A stretch of 64,000 nucleotides of DNA from Rhynchopus sp. YZ270_cl-10 (Eukaryota): NCBI GenBank assembly GCA_964035575.1, contig OZ037840.1, positions 620,001-684,000 on the forward strand. Direction: 5' to 3'. Each line of letters begins with the position of its first letter. Within the stretch, counting starts at the first letter, position 1. The position numbers and the translations under genes were made by a program. A model generated the notes under the pieces. That model was not told where the DNA came from. It made no database searches and worked only from the letters and a program-made list of their open reading frames with translations. Below, piece after piece: positions 32,884-44,781 of this stretch.

Positions 32884-35800
32884 ATGAAAACCATCACCTC
32901 AGTGCTGCTCTGTGCAGCACACCTTTACACCGCAGACGCAAGCTGTAGTATTGCATCTACCCTAGCCTGGTGCCCAGCAGGAGACTTCGTGCCCACAGTT
33001 GCACCTGCAGACGCAGCCAGCCACTCCTGTGCTGCGAAGACGTCGTGCAGGTCTGGGCTTCAGGATTGGCAGATCCAGACAGTGGTCGACCAGCACAACT
33101 TATACCGTGCGAAGCACGGTGCATGCCCTGTGACGTACAGCAAGACAGTGGAAGACTGGGCACTGAACAGCGACGGGTTTGACACAACGTGCAAGACTGA
33201 GTCGCTGACCCACAACTCTGGTGGTCCGTACGGAGAGAACATCGCAATGGTGGGGACGTTCACAACGAACACAGCGACGTTTGACCCTGCAGAGGGTGTG
33301 CGGAACTGGTACTGCAAAGAGGAGGGCTGTTACGACTATGGGAGCCCTGGCTTCAGTGGCGACACAGGTCACTTCACAGCAGTCATCTGGAAGGACACAA
33401 CAGAGATCGGATGTGCACTGTGCCACGTTGAAGGGTCCTATGTGAAGAACTTCCTCATGTGCAGCTACAGCTCGTCTGGGAACTACGCGAACAGGTTTCC
33501 TGACAACGTTCTGAAGGACGGGACGGCAGCAACCGGCTGTGTGGCCACTCCTCCTACCACAATGACAGACGAGTGTGCAGCAACACCCTGTGGCAGTGAC
33601 CAGGACTGCAACGACCCAGACCAGACAGTGGACAGCGACTACACCTGCACATGCCAAGCAGACAACTCTGTTGTTGAGACAGGGAAGGCAGCAGTGTGCG
33701 AGACGGACGAGTGTGCGAAAGGCACTCCGTGTGGTGCAGACCAAGACTGCAACGATCCCGACACGTCTCCAAACAGTGTTACTGACTTCGTGTGCACGTG
33801 CCAGTCCGACAACTCCCTCACCAACACAGGTGCACCTGCCACCTGTGACAAGGATGAGTGCTCAAACGACCCTTGTGAGACAGCCACCACAGGACAGACA
33901 TGTGCTGACCCGAACCCAAGCCCTTCATCAACAGGAGACTACACTTGCACCTGTGCGAACGGAGTGTCTGCAACAGGAGGAAAGGCAAGCTGTGATGTGG
34001 ACGAATGTGCACCTGCACCGTGTGGAACTGGACAGTCGTGTGTTGATCCTGACACAGCAGCTGACAAGAAACTCGACTTCGTGTGCACCTGCGACAGCGA
34101 CGCCTCCATCACCAACACAGGGGCAGCTGCGACATGTTCAAACGACGAGTGCTCGAAGGACCCTTGTGAGACAGCAACCACAGGACAGACGTGTGCTGAT
34201 CCGAACCCAAGCCCTTCATCAACAGGAGACTACACTTGCACCTGTGCGAACGGAGTGTCTGCAACAGGAGGAAAGGCGAGCTGTGATGTGGATGAGTGTG
34301 CTGCCACACCTGCACCATGTGGAACTGGCCAGTCGTGTGTTGATCCTGACACAGCAGCTGACAAGAAGTTCGACTTTGTGTGCACATGCGACAGTGATGC
34401 AAGCATCACCAACGCAGGAGCAGCTGCGACATGCTCAAAGGATGAGTGCTCCAACGACCCTTGTGAGACAGCAACCACAGGACAGACATGTGCTGATCCG
34501 AACCCAAGCCCTTCATCAACAGGAGACTACACTTGCACCTGTGCGAACGGAGTGTCTGCAACAGGAGGAAAGGCAAGCTGTGATGTGGATGAGTGTGCTG
34601 CCACACCTGCACCATGTGGAACTGGCCAGTCGTGTGTTGATCCTGACACAGCAGCTGACAAGAAATCCGACTTTGTGTGCACATGTGACAGTGATGCAAG
34701 CATCACCAACACAGGAGCAGCTGCGACTTGTTCGAAGGATGAATGTTCCAATGACCCATGTGACACCGCGGCTACAGGACAGACATGTGCTGACCCGAAC
34801 CCAAGCCCTTCCTCAACAGGAGACTACACTTGCACCTGTGCGAACGGAGTGTCTGCAACAGGAGGAAAGGCGAGCTGTGATGTGGACGAATGTGCTGCCA
34901 CACCTGCACCATGTGGAACTGGCCAGTCGTGTGTTGATCCTGACACAGCAGCTGACAAGAAGTTCGACTTCGTGTGCACTTGCGATGCTGACGCTACAAT
35001 TACCAACACAGGGGCAGCTGCAACTTGTTCGAAGGATGAGTGCTCCAACGACCCATGTGAGACAGCCACCACAGGACAGACGTGTGCTGACCCGAACCCA
35101 AGCCCTTCCTCGACAGGAGACTACACTTGCACCTGTGCGAACGGAGTGTCTGCAACAGGAGGCAAGGCAAGCTGCGATGTGGATGAATGTGCTGCCACAC
35201 CTGCACCATGTGGAACTGGCCAGTCGTGTGTTGATCCTGACACAGCAGCTGACAAGAAGTTCGACTTTGTGTGCACATGTGACAGCGATGCAAGCATCAC
35301 CAACACAGGAGCAGCTGCGACATGTTCAAAGGACGAATGTTCCAATGACCCTTGTGACACCGCGGCTACAGGACAGACGTGTGCTGACCCGAACCCAAGC
35401 CCTTCCTCGACAGGAGACTACACTTGCACTTGTGCGAACGGAGTGTCTGCAACAGGAGGAAAGGCAAGCTGTGATGTGGATGAGTGTGCTGCCACACCTG
35501 CACCATGTGGAACTGGCCAGTCGTGTGTTGATCCTGACACAGCAGCTGACAAGAAGTTCGACTTTGTGTGCACTTGCGACAGTGACGCAAGCATCACCAA
35601 CACAGGGGCAGCTGCAACTTGTTCGAAGGATGAATGTTCCAATGACCCTTGTGACACCGCGGCTACAGGACAGACATGTGCTGACCCTAACCCAAGCCCT
35701 TCCTCAACAGGAGATTACACTTGCACCTGTGCGAACGGAGTGTCTGCAACAGGAGGAAAGGCGAGCTGTGATGTGGATGAGTGTGCTGCCACACCTGCAC

Positions 35801-38800
35801 CGTGTGGAACTGGACAGTCGTGTGTTGATCCTGACACAGCTGCCGACAAGAAGTTCGACTTTGTGTGCACATGTGACAGCGATGCAAGCATCACCAACAC
35901 AGGGGCAGCTGCGACGTGCTCGAAGGACGAATGTACGAAAGACCCATGTGAGACAGCCACCACAGGACAGACATGTGCTGACCCGAACCCAAGCCCTTCA
36001 TCAACAGGAGACTACACTTGCACCTGTGCGAACGGAGTGTCTGCAACAGGAGGAAAAGCGAGCTGTGATGTGGATGAGTGTACTGCCACACCTGCACCAT
36101 GTGGAACTGGCCAGACGTGTGCTGATCCTGACACAGCAGCTGACAAGAAGTTTGACTTCGTGTGCACATGCGACAGCGACTCGATGACAACGAAGACTGG
36201 AGGAGCGGTGACAACGTGTGTGCTTGATGAGTGTGCGGCAACACCGTCTCCGTGTGGTGCACAGATGTGTGAGGATGCGATGAAGGGACCTTCGCAGAAG
36301 GATGACTTCGTGTGCACATGCGCTGCACCAAGCACAGAGAAGGCGACAGGGAAGCCTGCTGTGTGCAACACAGGATCGGAAGATGAGTGTCTTGCTACAC
36401 CTCCTCCGTGCGGTGCTGGGCAGACGTGTGTGGATCCCGACCAGACAGCGATGAGCATGAACGACTACACCTGCACGTGTGTGACAGGCACGGGGTCCGC
36501 GACAGCTGCGCCAGCTCTGTGTGTTCTTGACGAGTGCATCGCAGGACCGTGTGGAGGTGGGCAGACATGCACTGACATGGACACAGCAGTTAGTGCAACA
36601 GACGACTTCACTTGCACATGTGACGCACCTTTGGCTGGGACAGCGATGGGTATGGCTGCAACGTGTACAAGCAACGACTGTGACAGCAACCCTTGTGGTG
36701 CTGGACAGACGTGCACAGACCCTGATCAGTCCACAATGTCGCACGGTGACTTCTGGTGTGAGTGTGCAAACGGTGTGAAGGCACAAGGTACCTCTGCCAC
36801 TTGTGAGATTGACGAGTGTGCACCTGCTGACCCAGCAGACTTCCCCTGTGGGAAGGACCAGCTGTGCGAGGACCCGAACAAGGCAAAGACCTCTCAGCAC
36901 GACTTTGTGTGCACATGCCCTCTGGACTCATCTATCAGTAAAATAGACGGACCTGCGATCTGCAGTGCTGATGATTGCGACAGCAACCCTTGTGGTGCTG
37001 GACAGACGTGCACAGACCCGAACCCCTCGCTCACCTCTCACAACGATTTTATTTGTGAATGTGCAAACGGTGTGCAGTCACAGGGTACCTCAGCAACGTG
37101 TGAGATTGACGAGTGTGCACCTGCTGACCCAGCAGACTTCCCCTGTGGCAAGGACCAGCTGTGCGAGGACCCGAACAAGGCAAAGACATCCCAACACGAC
37201 TTTGTGTGCACATGCCCTCTGGACTCGTCCGTCACCAAAATAGACGGACCTGCAATTTGTACGGCCGATGATTGCGACAGCAACCCTTGTGGCGCAGGAC
37301 AGACGTGCACGGACCCAAACCCCTCACTCACCTCTCACAACGATTTTATTTGTGAGTGTGCAAACGGTGTGAAGGCACAGGGTACCTCTGCCACTTGCGA
37401 GATAGACGAATGTGCACCTGCTGACCCAGCAGACTTCCCCTGTGGGAAGGACCAGCTGTGCGAGGACCCGAACAAGGCGAAGACGTCGCAGCACGACTTT
37501 GTGTGCACATGCCCTCTGGACTCATCTATTAGCAAATTAGACGGACCTGCGATCTGCAGTGCTGATGATTGCGACAGCAACCCTTGTGGTGCAGGACAGA
37601 CGTGCACAGACCCAAACCCCTCACTCACCTCTCACAACGATTTTATTTGTGAATGTGCGAACGGTGTGCAGGCACAGGGTGTGAGAGCAACTTGTGAGAT
37701 TGACGAGTGTGATGCTGCACATAACAAGTGCCTTGCGGACCAGCTGTGTGAGGACCCGAACAAGTCGAAGACATCCCAGCACGACTTTGTGTGCACATGC
37801 CCTCTGGACTCATCTATCAGCAAAATAGACGGACCTGCGATCTGCAGTGCTGATGATTGCGACAGCAACCCTTGTGGCGCAGGACAGATGTGCACAGACC
37901 CAGACACTTCTCTCACGTCTCACAACGACTTCTGGTGTGAGTGTGCAAACGGTGTGAAGGCACAGGGTACCTCAGCAACTTGTGAGATTGACGAGTGTGC
38001 ACCTGCTGACCCAGCAGACTTCCCCTGTGGCAAGGACCAGCTGTGCGAGGACCCGAACAAGGCGAAGACTTCCCAACACGACTTTGTGTGCACATGCCCT
38101 CTGGACTCGTCCATCAGCCAAATGGATGGACCTGCGATCTGCACTCTGAACGACTGCGACAGCGAGCCTTGTGGTGCAGGACAGACGTGCACAGACCCAA
38201 ACCCCTCACTCACCTCTCACAACGATTTTATTTGTGAATGTGCGAACGGTGTGCAGGCACAGGGTGTGAGAGCAACTTGTGAGATTGACGAGTGTGATGC
38301 TGCACATAACAAGTGCCTTGCGGACCAGCTGTGTGAGGACCCGAACAAGTCGAAGACATCCCAGCACGACTTTGTGTGCACATGCCCTCTGGACTCATCT
38401 ATCAGCAAAATAGACGGACCTGCGATCTGCAGTGCTGATGATTGCGACAGCAACCCTTGTGGCGCAGGACAGATGTGCACAGACCCAGACACTTCTCTCA
38501 CGTCTCACAACGACTTCTGGTGTGAGTGTGCAAACGGTGTGAAGGCACAGGGTACCTCAGCAACTTGTGAGATTGACGAGTGTGCACCTGCTGACCCAGC
38601 AGACTTCCCCTGTGGCAAGGACCAGCTGTGCGAGGACCCGAACAAGGCGAAGACTTCCCAACACGACTTTGTGTGCACATGCCCTCTGGACTCGTCCATC
38701 AGCCAAATGGATGGACCTGCGATCTGCACTCTGAACGACTGCGACAGCGAGCCTTGTGGTGCAGGACAGACGTGCACAGACCCAACACCAACAGCAGCAT

Positions 38801-40659
38801 CGCACTACGACTTCATCTGCACGTGCGACTCAAGCGACGTGCAGACGACAGGGACAAGAGCAACCTGTGAGATTGACGAGTGCGACGCTGACCACAACAA
38901 GTGCCTTGCGGACCAGCTGTGCGAGGACCCGAACAAGTCTTACAACTCTCAGCATGACTACGTGTGCAAGTGCAAGTCAGACCCCACCCTGCAGCAGGTG
39001 GACGGGCCTGCTGCATGCTCTCTGAACGACTGTGACAGCAACCCCTGTGGCCTGGGACAGATGTGCATGGACCCAACGCCGACAGCAGCATCGCACTACG
39101 ACTTCATCTGCACGTGTGCAAACGGTGTGACTTCACAGGGTACCTCTGCCACTTGTGAGATTGACGAGTGTGATGCTGCGCACTACGCCTGTGGGAAGGA
39201 CCAACTGTGTGAGGACCCGAACAAGTCGAAGACTTCCCAACACGACTACGTGTGCACATGCCCTCTGGACTCAAGCATCAAGAAGACAAACGGTGCTGCG
39301 ATCTGCACTCTGAACGACTGCGACAGCGAGCCTTGTGGTGCAGGACAGACGTGCACAGACCCGACACCAACAGCAGCATCGCACTACGACTTCATCTGCA
39401 CGTGTGTGAACGGTGTGACGTCGCAGGGTGTGAGTGCGACGTGTGAGATTGACGAGTGCGACGATGACCGCAACCTGTGCCCTGCAGACCAGATGTGCGA
39501 GGACCCGAACAAGGCGAAGACGTCGCAGCACGACTTTGTGTGCTCGTGCCGATCGAACCCGAGTATCAAGCAGACGGACGGGCCTGCGTCATGTGCAGAC
39601 GAGTGTGCTGCGAACCCGTGTGGTGCGGACCAGATGTGTGAGGAGGGGCGTCTGGGTGCTGCTTACATGGGAGACTACCTGTGCACGTGCCTGAACGACA
39701 AGAACAGGTTTTCGGTTGGGATGGCGGTTCCTGCCTGCGGTGTGGACGAGTGCACAAGCGGACCGTGTGGGCAGGGTGAGATGTGTCTGGACCCCGACTT
39801 TGATGTGGAGAAGGACTTCCAGTGCCGCTGCAATGGGGGGAAGCAGATTTCGGTTGGTGCGCCAATGTCAGAGTGCGACGAGTGCACGATGGGGCTGTTC
39901 CCGTGCCTGGGCCCGTTTGGGGAGAAGGAGACATGCACAGACCCAGACACGTCGCCGGAGAGCCTTGGGGACTTTGTGTGCGAGTGTCCGAACCACGGTG
40001 CACGTGCGACGGGTGGCCCTGCACAGTGCAGCAAGCAGGGCGAGTGCAGCAGCGACCCGTGTGTGGACCCACACGCAGTGTGTGAGGACCCGGACCCGTC
40101 GACAGCAGGCGACTTCACGTGCAAGTGCATGGTGGGATCTGTGGGGGAGAGTGTGGGGAAGGCTGTCGACTGCACCATTGACGAGTGTGCGGGGAACCCG
40201 TGTGGTCCGCAGCAGGAGTGTGTCGACATGAACACACACTGGGAGAACGTGGGGGACTTTGTGTGCAAGTGCACAGAGACGCCAAGCAAGATGCCGCTCT
40301 TTGGGACTGCTGTCGGGCGTGGTGCCAAGTGCACAACGTCGCCGCAGCCCACAGCTGAAGGCGATACGATGTCGCCCTTGGGGCGTGCCACTGCGTCCCC
40401 GCCAATCACGTACACTGCTGCACCGTTGCCGTCTGCTGACGCTGGTGCGGCCGACTCGTCTTCCGACAGTGACGAGGACGGCTTCCCGTGGGAGATCATT
40501 GTTGCGATTGCTGCTGGCGTTCTGTGTACTTGTGGTGCTGCTGCTGCGTACATGCACAAACGTAGGGGCACTGGCGATGTGGACATCAAGGACTTCATGG
40601 AGTTGGAACAGAACAACCAGATGGACCAGCCCCCGAGGGGCGAGCTGGTGCATGTGTAG
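32884..40659 (+). CDS. CAP + EGF-like repeat type-I membrane protein, copy 3 (~2591 aa, long stalk)
   Basis: Same architecture with 8+10 repeat units. CAP region essentially identical to copy 2. Confidence 0.93.
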   Translation: MKTITSVLLCAAHLYTADASCSIASTLAWCPAGDFVPTVAPADAASHSCAAKTSCRSGLQDWQIQTVVDQHNLYRAKHGACPVTYSKTVEDWALNSDGFDTTCKTESLTHNSGGPYGENIAMVGTFTTNTATFDPAEGVRNWYCKEEGCYDYGSPGFSGDTGHFTAVIWKDTTEIGCALCHVEGSYVKNFLMCSYSSSGNYANRFPDNVLKDGTAATGCVATPPTTMTDECAATPCGSDQDCNDPDQTVDSDYTCTCQADNSVVETGKAAVCETDECAKGTPCGADQDCNDPDTSPNSVTDFVCTCQSDNSLTNTGAPATCDKDECSNDPCETATTGQTCADPNPSPSSTGDYTCTCANGVSATGGKASCDVDECAPAPCGTGQSCVDPDTAADKKLDFVCTCDSDASITNTGAAATCSNDECSKDPCETATTGQTCADPNPSPSSTGDYTCTCANGVSATGGKASCDVDECAATPAPCGTGQSCVDPDTAADKKFDFVCTCDSDASITNAGAAATCSKDECSNDPCETATTGQTCADPNPSPSSTGDYTCTCANGVSATGGKASCDVDECAATPAPCGTGQSCVDPDTAADKKSDFVCTCDSDASITNTGAAATCSKDECSNDPCDTAATGQTCADPNPSPSSTGDYTCTCANGVSATGGKASCDVDECAATPAPCGTGQSCVDPDTAADKKFDFVCTCDADATITNTGAAATCSKDECSNDPCETATTGQTCADPNPSPSSTGDYTCTCANGVSATGGKASCDVDECAATPAPCGTGQSCVDPDTAADKKFDFVCTCDSDASITNTGAAATCSKDECSNDPCDTAATGQTCADPNPSPSSTGDYTCTCANGVSATGGKASCDVDECAATPAPCGTGQSCVDPDTAADKKFDFVCTCDSDASITNTGAAATCSKDECSNDPCDTAATGQTCADPNPSPSSTGDYTCTCANGVSATGGKASCDVDECAATPAPCGTGQSCVDPDTAADKKFDFVCTCDSDASITNTGAAATCSKDECTKDPCETATTGQTCADPNPSPSSTGDYTCTCANGVSATGGKASCDVDECTATPAPCGTGQTCADPDTAADKKFDFVCTCDSDSMTTKTGGAVTTCVLDECAATPSPCGAQMCEDAMKGPSQKDDFVCTCAAPSTEKATGKPAVCNTGSEDECLATPPPCGAGQTCVDPDQTAMSMNDYTCTCVTGTGSATAAPALCVLDECIAGPCGGGQTCTDMDTAVSATDDFTCTCDAPLAGTAMGMAATCTSNDCDSNPCGAGQTCTDPDQSTMSHGDFWCECANGVKAQGTSATCEIDECAPADPADFPCGKDQLCEDPNKAKTSQHDFVCTCPLDSSISKIDGPAICSADDCDSNPCGAGQTCTDPNPSLTSHNDFICECANGVQSQGTSATCEIDECAPADPADFPCGKDQLCEDPNKAKTSQHDFVCTCPLDSSVTKIDGPAICTADDCDSNPCGAGQTCTDPNPSLTSHNDFICECANGVKAQGTSATCEIDECAPADPADFPCGKDQLCEDPNKAKTSQHDFVCTCPLDSSISKLDGPAICSADDCDSNPCGAGQTCTDPNPSLTSHNDFICECANGVQAQGVRATCEIDECDAAHNKCLADQLCEDPNKSKTSQHDFVCTCPLDSSISKIDGPAICSADDCDSNPCGAGQMCTDPDTSLTSHNDFWCECANGVKAQGTSATCEIDECAPADPADFPCGKDQLCEDPNKAKTSQHDFVCTCPLDSSISQMDGPAICTLNDCDSEPCGAGQTCTDPNPSLTSHNDFICECANGVQAQGVRATCEIDECDAAHNKCLADQLCEDPNKSKTSQHDFVCTCPLDSSISKIDGPAICSADDCDSNPCGAGQMCTDPDTSLTSHNDFWCECANGVKAQGTSATCEIDECAPADPADFPCGKDQLCEDPNKAKTSQHDFVCTCPLDSSISQMDGPAICTLNDCDSEPCGAGQTCTDPTPTAASHYDFICTCDSSDVQTTGTRATCEIDECDADHNKCLADQLCEDPNKSYNSQHDYVCKCKSDPTLQQVDGPAACSLNDCDSNPCGLGQMCMDPTPTAASHYDFICTCANGVTSQGTSATCEIDECDAAHYACGKDQLCEDPNKSKTSQHDYVCTCPLDSSIKKTNGAAICTLNDCDSEPCGAGQTCTDPTPTAASHYDFICTCVNGVTSQGVSATCEIDECDDDRNLCPADQMCEDPNKAKTSQHDFVCSCRSNPSIKQTDGPASCADECAANPCGADQMCEEGRLGAAYMGDYLCTCLNDKNRFSVGMAVPACGVDECTSGPCGQGEMCLDPDFDVEKDFQCRCNGGKQISVGAPMSECDECTMGLFPCLGPFGEKETCTDPDTSPESLGDFVCECPNHGARATGGPAQCSKQGECSSDPCVDPHAVCEDPDPSTAGDFTCKCMVGSVGESVGKAVDCTIDECAGNPCGPQQECVDMNTHWENVGDFVCKCTETPSKMPLFGTAVGRGAKCTTSPQPTAEGDTMSPLGRATASPPITYTAAPLPSADAGAADSSSDSDEDGFPWEIIVAIAAGVLCTCGAAAAYMHKRRGTGDVDIKDFMELEQNNQMDQPPRGELVHV

Positions 40660-41167
40660 CGCTACATACCACATCAGGTGCTTTGTCTTTGTGTGCGCCC
40701 TCCACTGCCGCACACGCACCCTCGCGCGTCCTCGGCTTAATTGTCTTACTGCGCTATTATTTGTTTTTATGTGTTTTGCGTTGTGCTTGTTGTGCTCATA
40801 TGATAATACTGGGGCACTGTGGTATTGGCAGGATGCCCGCCATGCGCCTTATAGCCTCTCTTTTCTTATAACCCTTTCCCCTGCTCTCTTTTGCCCCTAT
40901 TGTTTTCCTCATATGAACCATCAACCCATATCTGTCCACACCCAGAATCAAACAATGCGTATTTTCTTTAGTTACGCTGTTGTGGAATAATATTATAACG
41001 AAGTAAGTTGCTGGTTTGTGATCAGATCAGATGGGGACCTCAAAATGGATGTAGGACTGCATGGTTGGGGGTCCACCCGGTGCAGCCGGTGCATTTCAAA
41101 TCAACTTCCTTTTATTCATGTCAAATTCTGAAGTCAGATTCCATTTTGTTTGCGATAACGAATATGA

Positions 41168-44100
41168 TAAGGTGACTAATCACGAGAGGCTTAGGATCAT
41201 CTTATAAACTTTTCTTTGTTTTGTGGCGGGGGAGGACAGAAAGAGTTTTAATTCACGATGTAAAAAATTTATTGGTTACTCGTCAAGCAGGCTTGGGTTT
41301 ATCTTCACAAGTTTGTTCTCAGTGGGAACACTTCTTCCAGGGCGAGGTCGCCAAATTTTCAAAATAAAACAAAAAAAAACGACAAAAAAAAAAAAAAAAA
41401 AAAGAGAGATTGCATGCTGTGGCAACACTCAATGATTTTTAAAAAAATCAAAAAAATGCGAAGGAAAAAGCAAACCCGAACATAGCGAGGCACACCCTTG
41501 AGATATCTTTTCAATTCAAAAACAATAAAATGATAAGAAATACCTCCAAGACTTATTACACACACTGTCTTATCCAGGGTAAAGAGTCCACAAAGAGTCA
41601 CTTCTGATATTGCAAGAAGTAGAATGTGTGTGTGTGTGTGTGTACGAGAGCCTTCCGAACTTTTTTCTCTCTCTCTCTCTCTCTCTTTGCAAGGTGACTA
41701 AGCACGAGAGGCTTAGGATCATCTTATAAACGTTTCCTTTTTATTGTCCGGAATCACAGACACTTGTACAGTGCTTATAAAACGTGAGGGGGGGAAAAAG
41801 GCTGCAAAAACAAAAAGTAACCAAGGGGGAACTGGAGGTGTTTGTTAGGTGACACAGCGCGGCTGTTTATGTTCCAATTCCCCGCCTTCCTTCTGACTTC
41901 GGAGGACACAGTGAGAGAGGTGTCGGGGTTGTCTTGCGAACCTCTTTTAAAGTGCTTTTTTGTTTGCCGATGCACAGTAAGGCGTATTTTATTACCTTTT
42001 TTGCACCCCACCAGTTTCCCCGTACCCCCCCTCGTCAAAACCTCTCTTTTTTTTGTGTGTCGGCAATCCTCTCAAGGGTATGTCTGGATTTTTTTTCAGG
42101 TGACTAAACACTGTAAGGCTGAGGTTTACACCACAAACTTTCCTTCTTTTTTTCCAGTTTCAAACCCAATGTGTTGCTGCACACTTTACGTTGCAAAGAT
42201 GAATTTGGGAGCATCTATTCAATGACCCCAATATATATTTTTTTTCTCTTTTTTTGGTTTCCCAACTTTTTTTTGATACACTGTTCACGAGAGGGCTTTG
42301 TATTTCAAGTCACATTTTGTTATTGACTCTTCGCATTCTGAATGCGTCAACATCAAATAGCTGCAAGAAGGAGGGTGAGGGATTTCCCTAAAACCAGAGA
42401 AGCCAATGTGCGAAAGAGGAACAGGTAGTGAGGTAAGTGGAGCTTACACTCAGAAGGAAACTGCATTGTTTCAAATAAAAAAAAACATAGACTTTGGCCG
42501 ACATTGAGTACAGATCGTTATACCAGTAGGTAGAACGTGATTGTCAATACAACAAAAAATTATCAAAACAAAAACACATCCGGCGCTATGCCAAATGATA
42601 TAATTGGGCTGATTGAGGTGGGCCTGGCTTGTCCATTTTTCACTTTTTACCACCGATTTAAACCGATCACCGCCGATCACCATCGACCAGGCCCAGCGTC
42701 AGTCAGCCTAGTAATATTGTAGTATTGCAGCGCAGGATGTATAAAAATAAATGAAAGACAACGAAAGAAAAATAGGAACCTGGAACAACAGAACATCGTC
42801 CACCCCCCAAAAAAAACCACCCTGCCAGGGCACGTACCCGAGGTTCACGGAAGGTTTTTTTTTTTTTGTACTCAGGTAGCTACGTAGCCTTCAGGGAGGC
42901 AATCGTGTGCTAATACAGAAAGTATCAGTCAAGGCTGTTCTTACAGACGCATGCCAAAGCGGCCGCCACGTGGGTGTGGACTTTAGATTGAAGTTTCATC
43001 ATTGTACTAGCCCAGGGAGGGTTCCCGGCTACCGGCGAGGTCTCTTCCAATCCGTTCCCTAGTTTCCTAGGGGGGCCTCCTTGGCTTCACTGGCTAGGGC
43101 TCTGCAGGTCCCTCCACACATGTTGTGTGCCTGCCTTCAGCACCCAGGGTAGCATACCCAGCACCTTTTACCCTCAGGTCAGACCTTCATAGAGTTTCAG
43201 GAGGAGTGCCACAAAAGGGCCCCCGGATGCAATTTAACGTCCAGCCCAGGACTGGCTCCTCCTGTTGGGAAGGTTTTTCCTTTTTTAATATGGGGGGGAT
43301 TGCAACGATGCTTCGGAATCAATTTGCCCCTCATCCCCTTTTACCCCCGCCCCTTTTTATTGCATTCGCTATACAGTGCGGTCTAAGTAGAGTATTAGAG
43401 TAGTCGGCAGTTGGAGTATGATTAGAGTCTAAAAAAGGGTCAATAGGAGGGTCACAGGGAGCATAGCTAGTGCAAGAAAGAATTCGACTTTGGAACTCCG
43501 GAAAGTCTGTCCTCTGCTTGCAGAGGACTAGATACAACGATAATATTGTTTGTTCCCCAGAAAATCAGCGCTTTTCTGGTTTCACACTCCTTGTGGGTCT
43601 TGTTGGGTGCAAGAGGGATGCAAAAATGTGGAAACTGGTGTGTGCTTCAACGCAAGACTAACAAATACAAAGAAACCCAAGTTAATTAGTAACCTTTTTT
43701 TGGGTGCATCCTTAAGGCGTTTGCACCAACTAGAAGCCTGTAATATACCCTAATTAGACTATAATTAGAGTGCAGTTAGAGTCTAATTATGCTCTAACTA
43801 CATTCTAATTATAGTCTAATTAAAGATGAGGCGACTCTAGTTATACTCTAACTGGACTTTAACTGACTCGGCCCAAAAAACCCAGACTCTCTTCATACTT
43901 TAATACTCTAATTAGAGCGTACTGTATAATTCGCCCTTTTTTAAATTAAAAAAATCCCTCTTTTCTTGAGAACTGTCTGTGCATGAGAGGCACATTCGTC
44001 TTTATTATTCGAGTTTCTTTTTGTTTTTATTTTTTTTATTTTTTGCTTTCACAATTTAGCCATTTGATTAGATGAAACCACGAACGATGTAGGACCGCAT

Positions 44101-44781
44101 GGTTGGGTGTCCACCCACGGTACAGTCGGTCATTTGTACCAAGGTACACTGTTCACGAGAGGGCTTTGTATTTCAAGTCAACTTTTGGGTGCTCCTCCGA
44201 TTTGCTCTCTTTTAAGGATCCTGTGAAGAAAAAAAAATTGTGGCTTGCTATCTAGTGATAGCTGTCTTGTATCAAGCAAAAAAAAAAAATAATTTCAAAT
44301 GCATTCTCTCTCTTCGCTTGTTCCAATCCTGAGAGATATTTTATGAATGTTGGCAGGGTGCTCACAATCGTGCAATATATTCAGGTGACTAAGCGACGAG
44401 AGGCTTAGGTTCATCTTATAAACTTTTCTTGATTTTCTTTTCTTTTGTTGAAATACTTCTTTTCTTTTGGAAAGAATTTTTGCATTTTGTTCTTATCTTT
44501 TTTTTTTGCTTTATCTTTTCTGTGCTGTGCCCCTCACTTGTGGGACCCTTTTTTGTGTGCATCTCCATACCTTCAGCTTTCACTTTGTTGCTGTTGTGTT
44601 GTGTTACGAAAATATAGGGACAGTGGTAGCGTGTTGTCGTCTGACTTTCTTTTTTTCCACGCAAATATCTTCCGCTTCTGTTTTCAATCAAACCTCATCC
44701 CCCCTTCTTTAAACTTGCACTATCAACTTCACTTTAAATTAAGATGACTAAGCACGAGAGGCTTAGGGTCATCTTATAAAC
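41168..44781 (+). repeat. Cluster of short hairpin repeats: family 1 (GGTGACTAAGCACGAGAGGCTTAGGATCATCTTATAAAC) and family 2 (...GTACACTGTTCACGAGAGGGCTTTGTATTTCAAGTC)
   Basis: Family 1 at ~41171, 41693, 42099, 44384 and 44741 (also 52364, 54475, 57507). Family 2 at ~41048, 42277 and 44086 (also 30990, 53430). Confidence 0.85.
43751..43822. repeat. 31-bp-arm inverted repeat within a TAATTAGA-type low-complexity tract
   Basis: 43751..43781 versus the reverse complement of 43792..43822, two mismatches. Confidence 0.85.

Noticed and set aside
17242..40990. Numerous alternative-frame and antisense ORFs over the CAP-EGF genes (up to 870 aa)
   Set aside because: Shadows of repetitive, codon-biased coding sequence. 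They recur with the 297-bp period and show no domain signal.
41168..44781. CRISPR array from repeated ~40-nt hairpins
   Set aside because: Spacing is irregular (hundreds to thousands of bp), the context is eukaryotic, and there are no cas genes.
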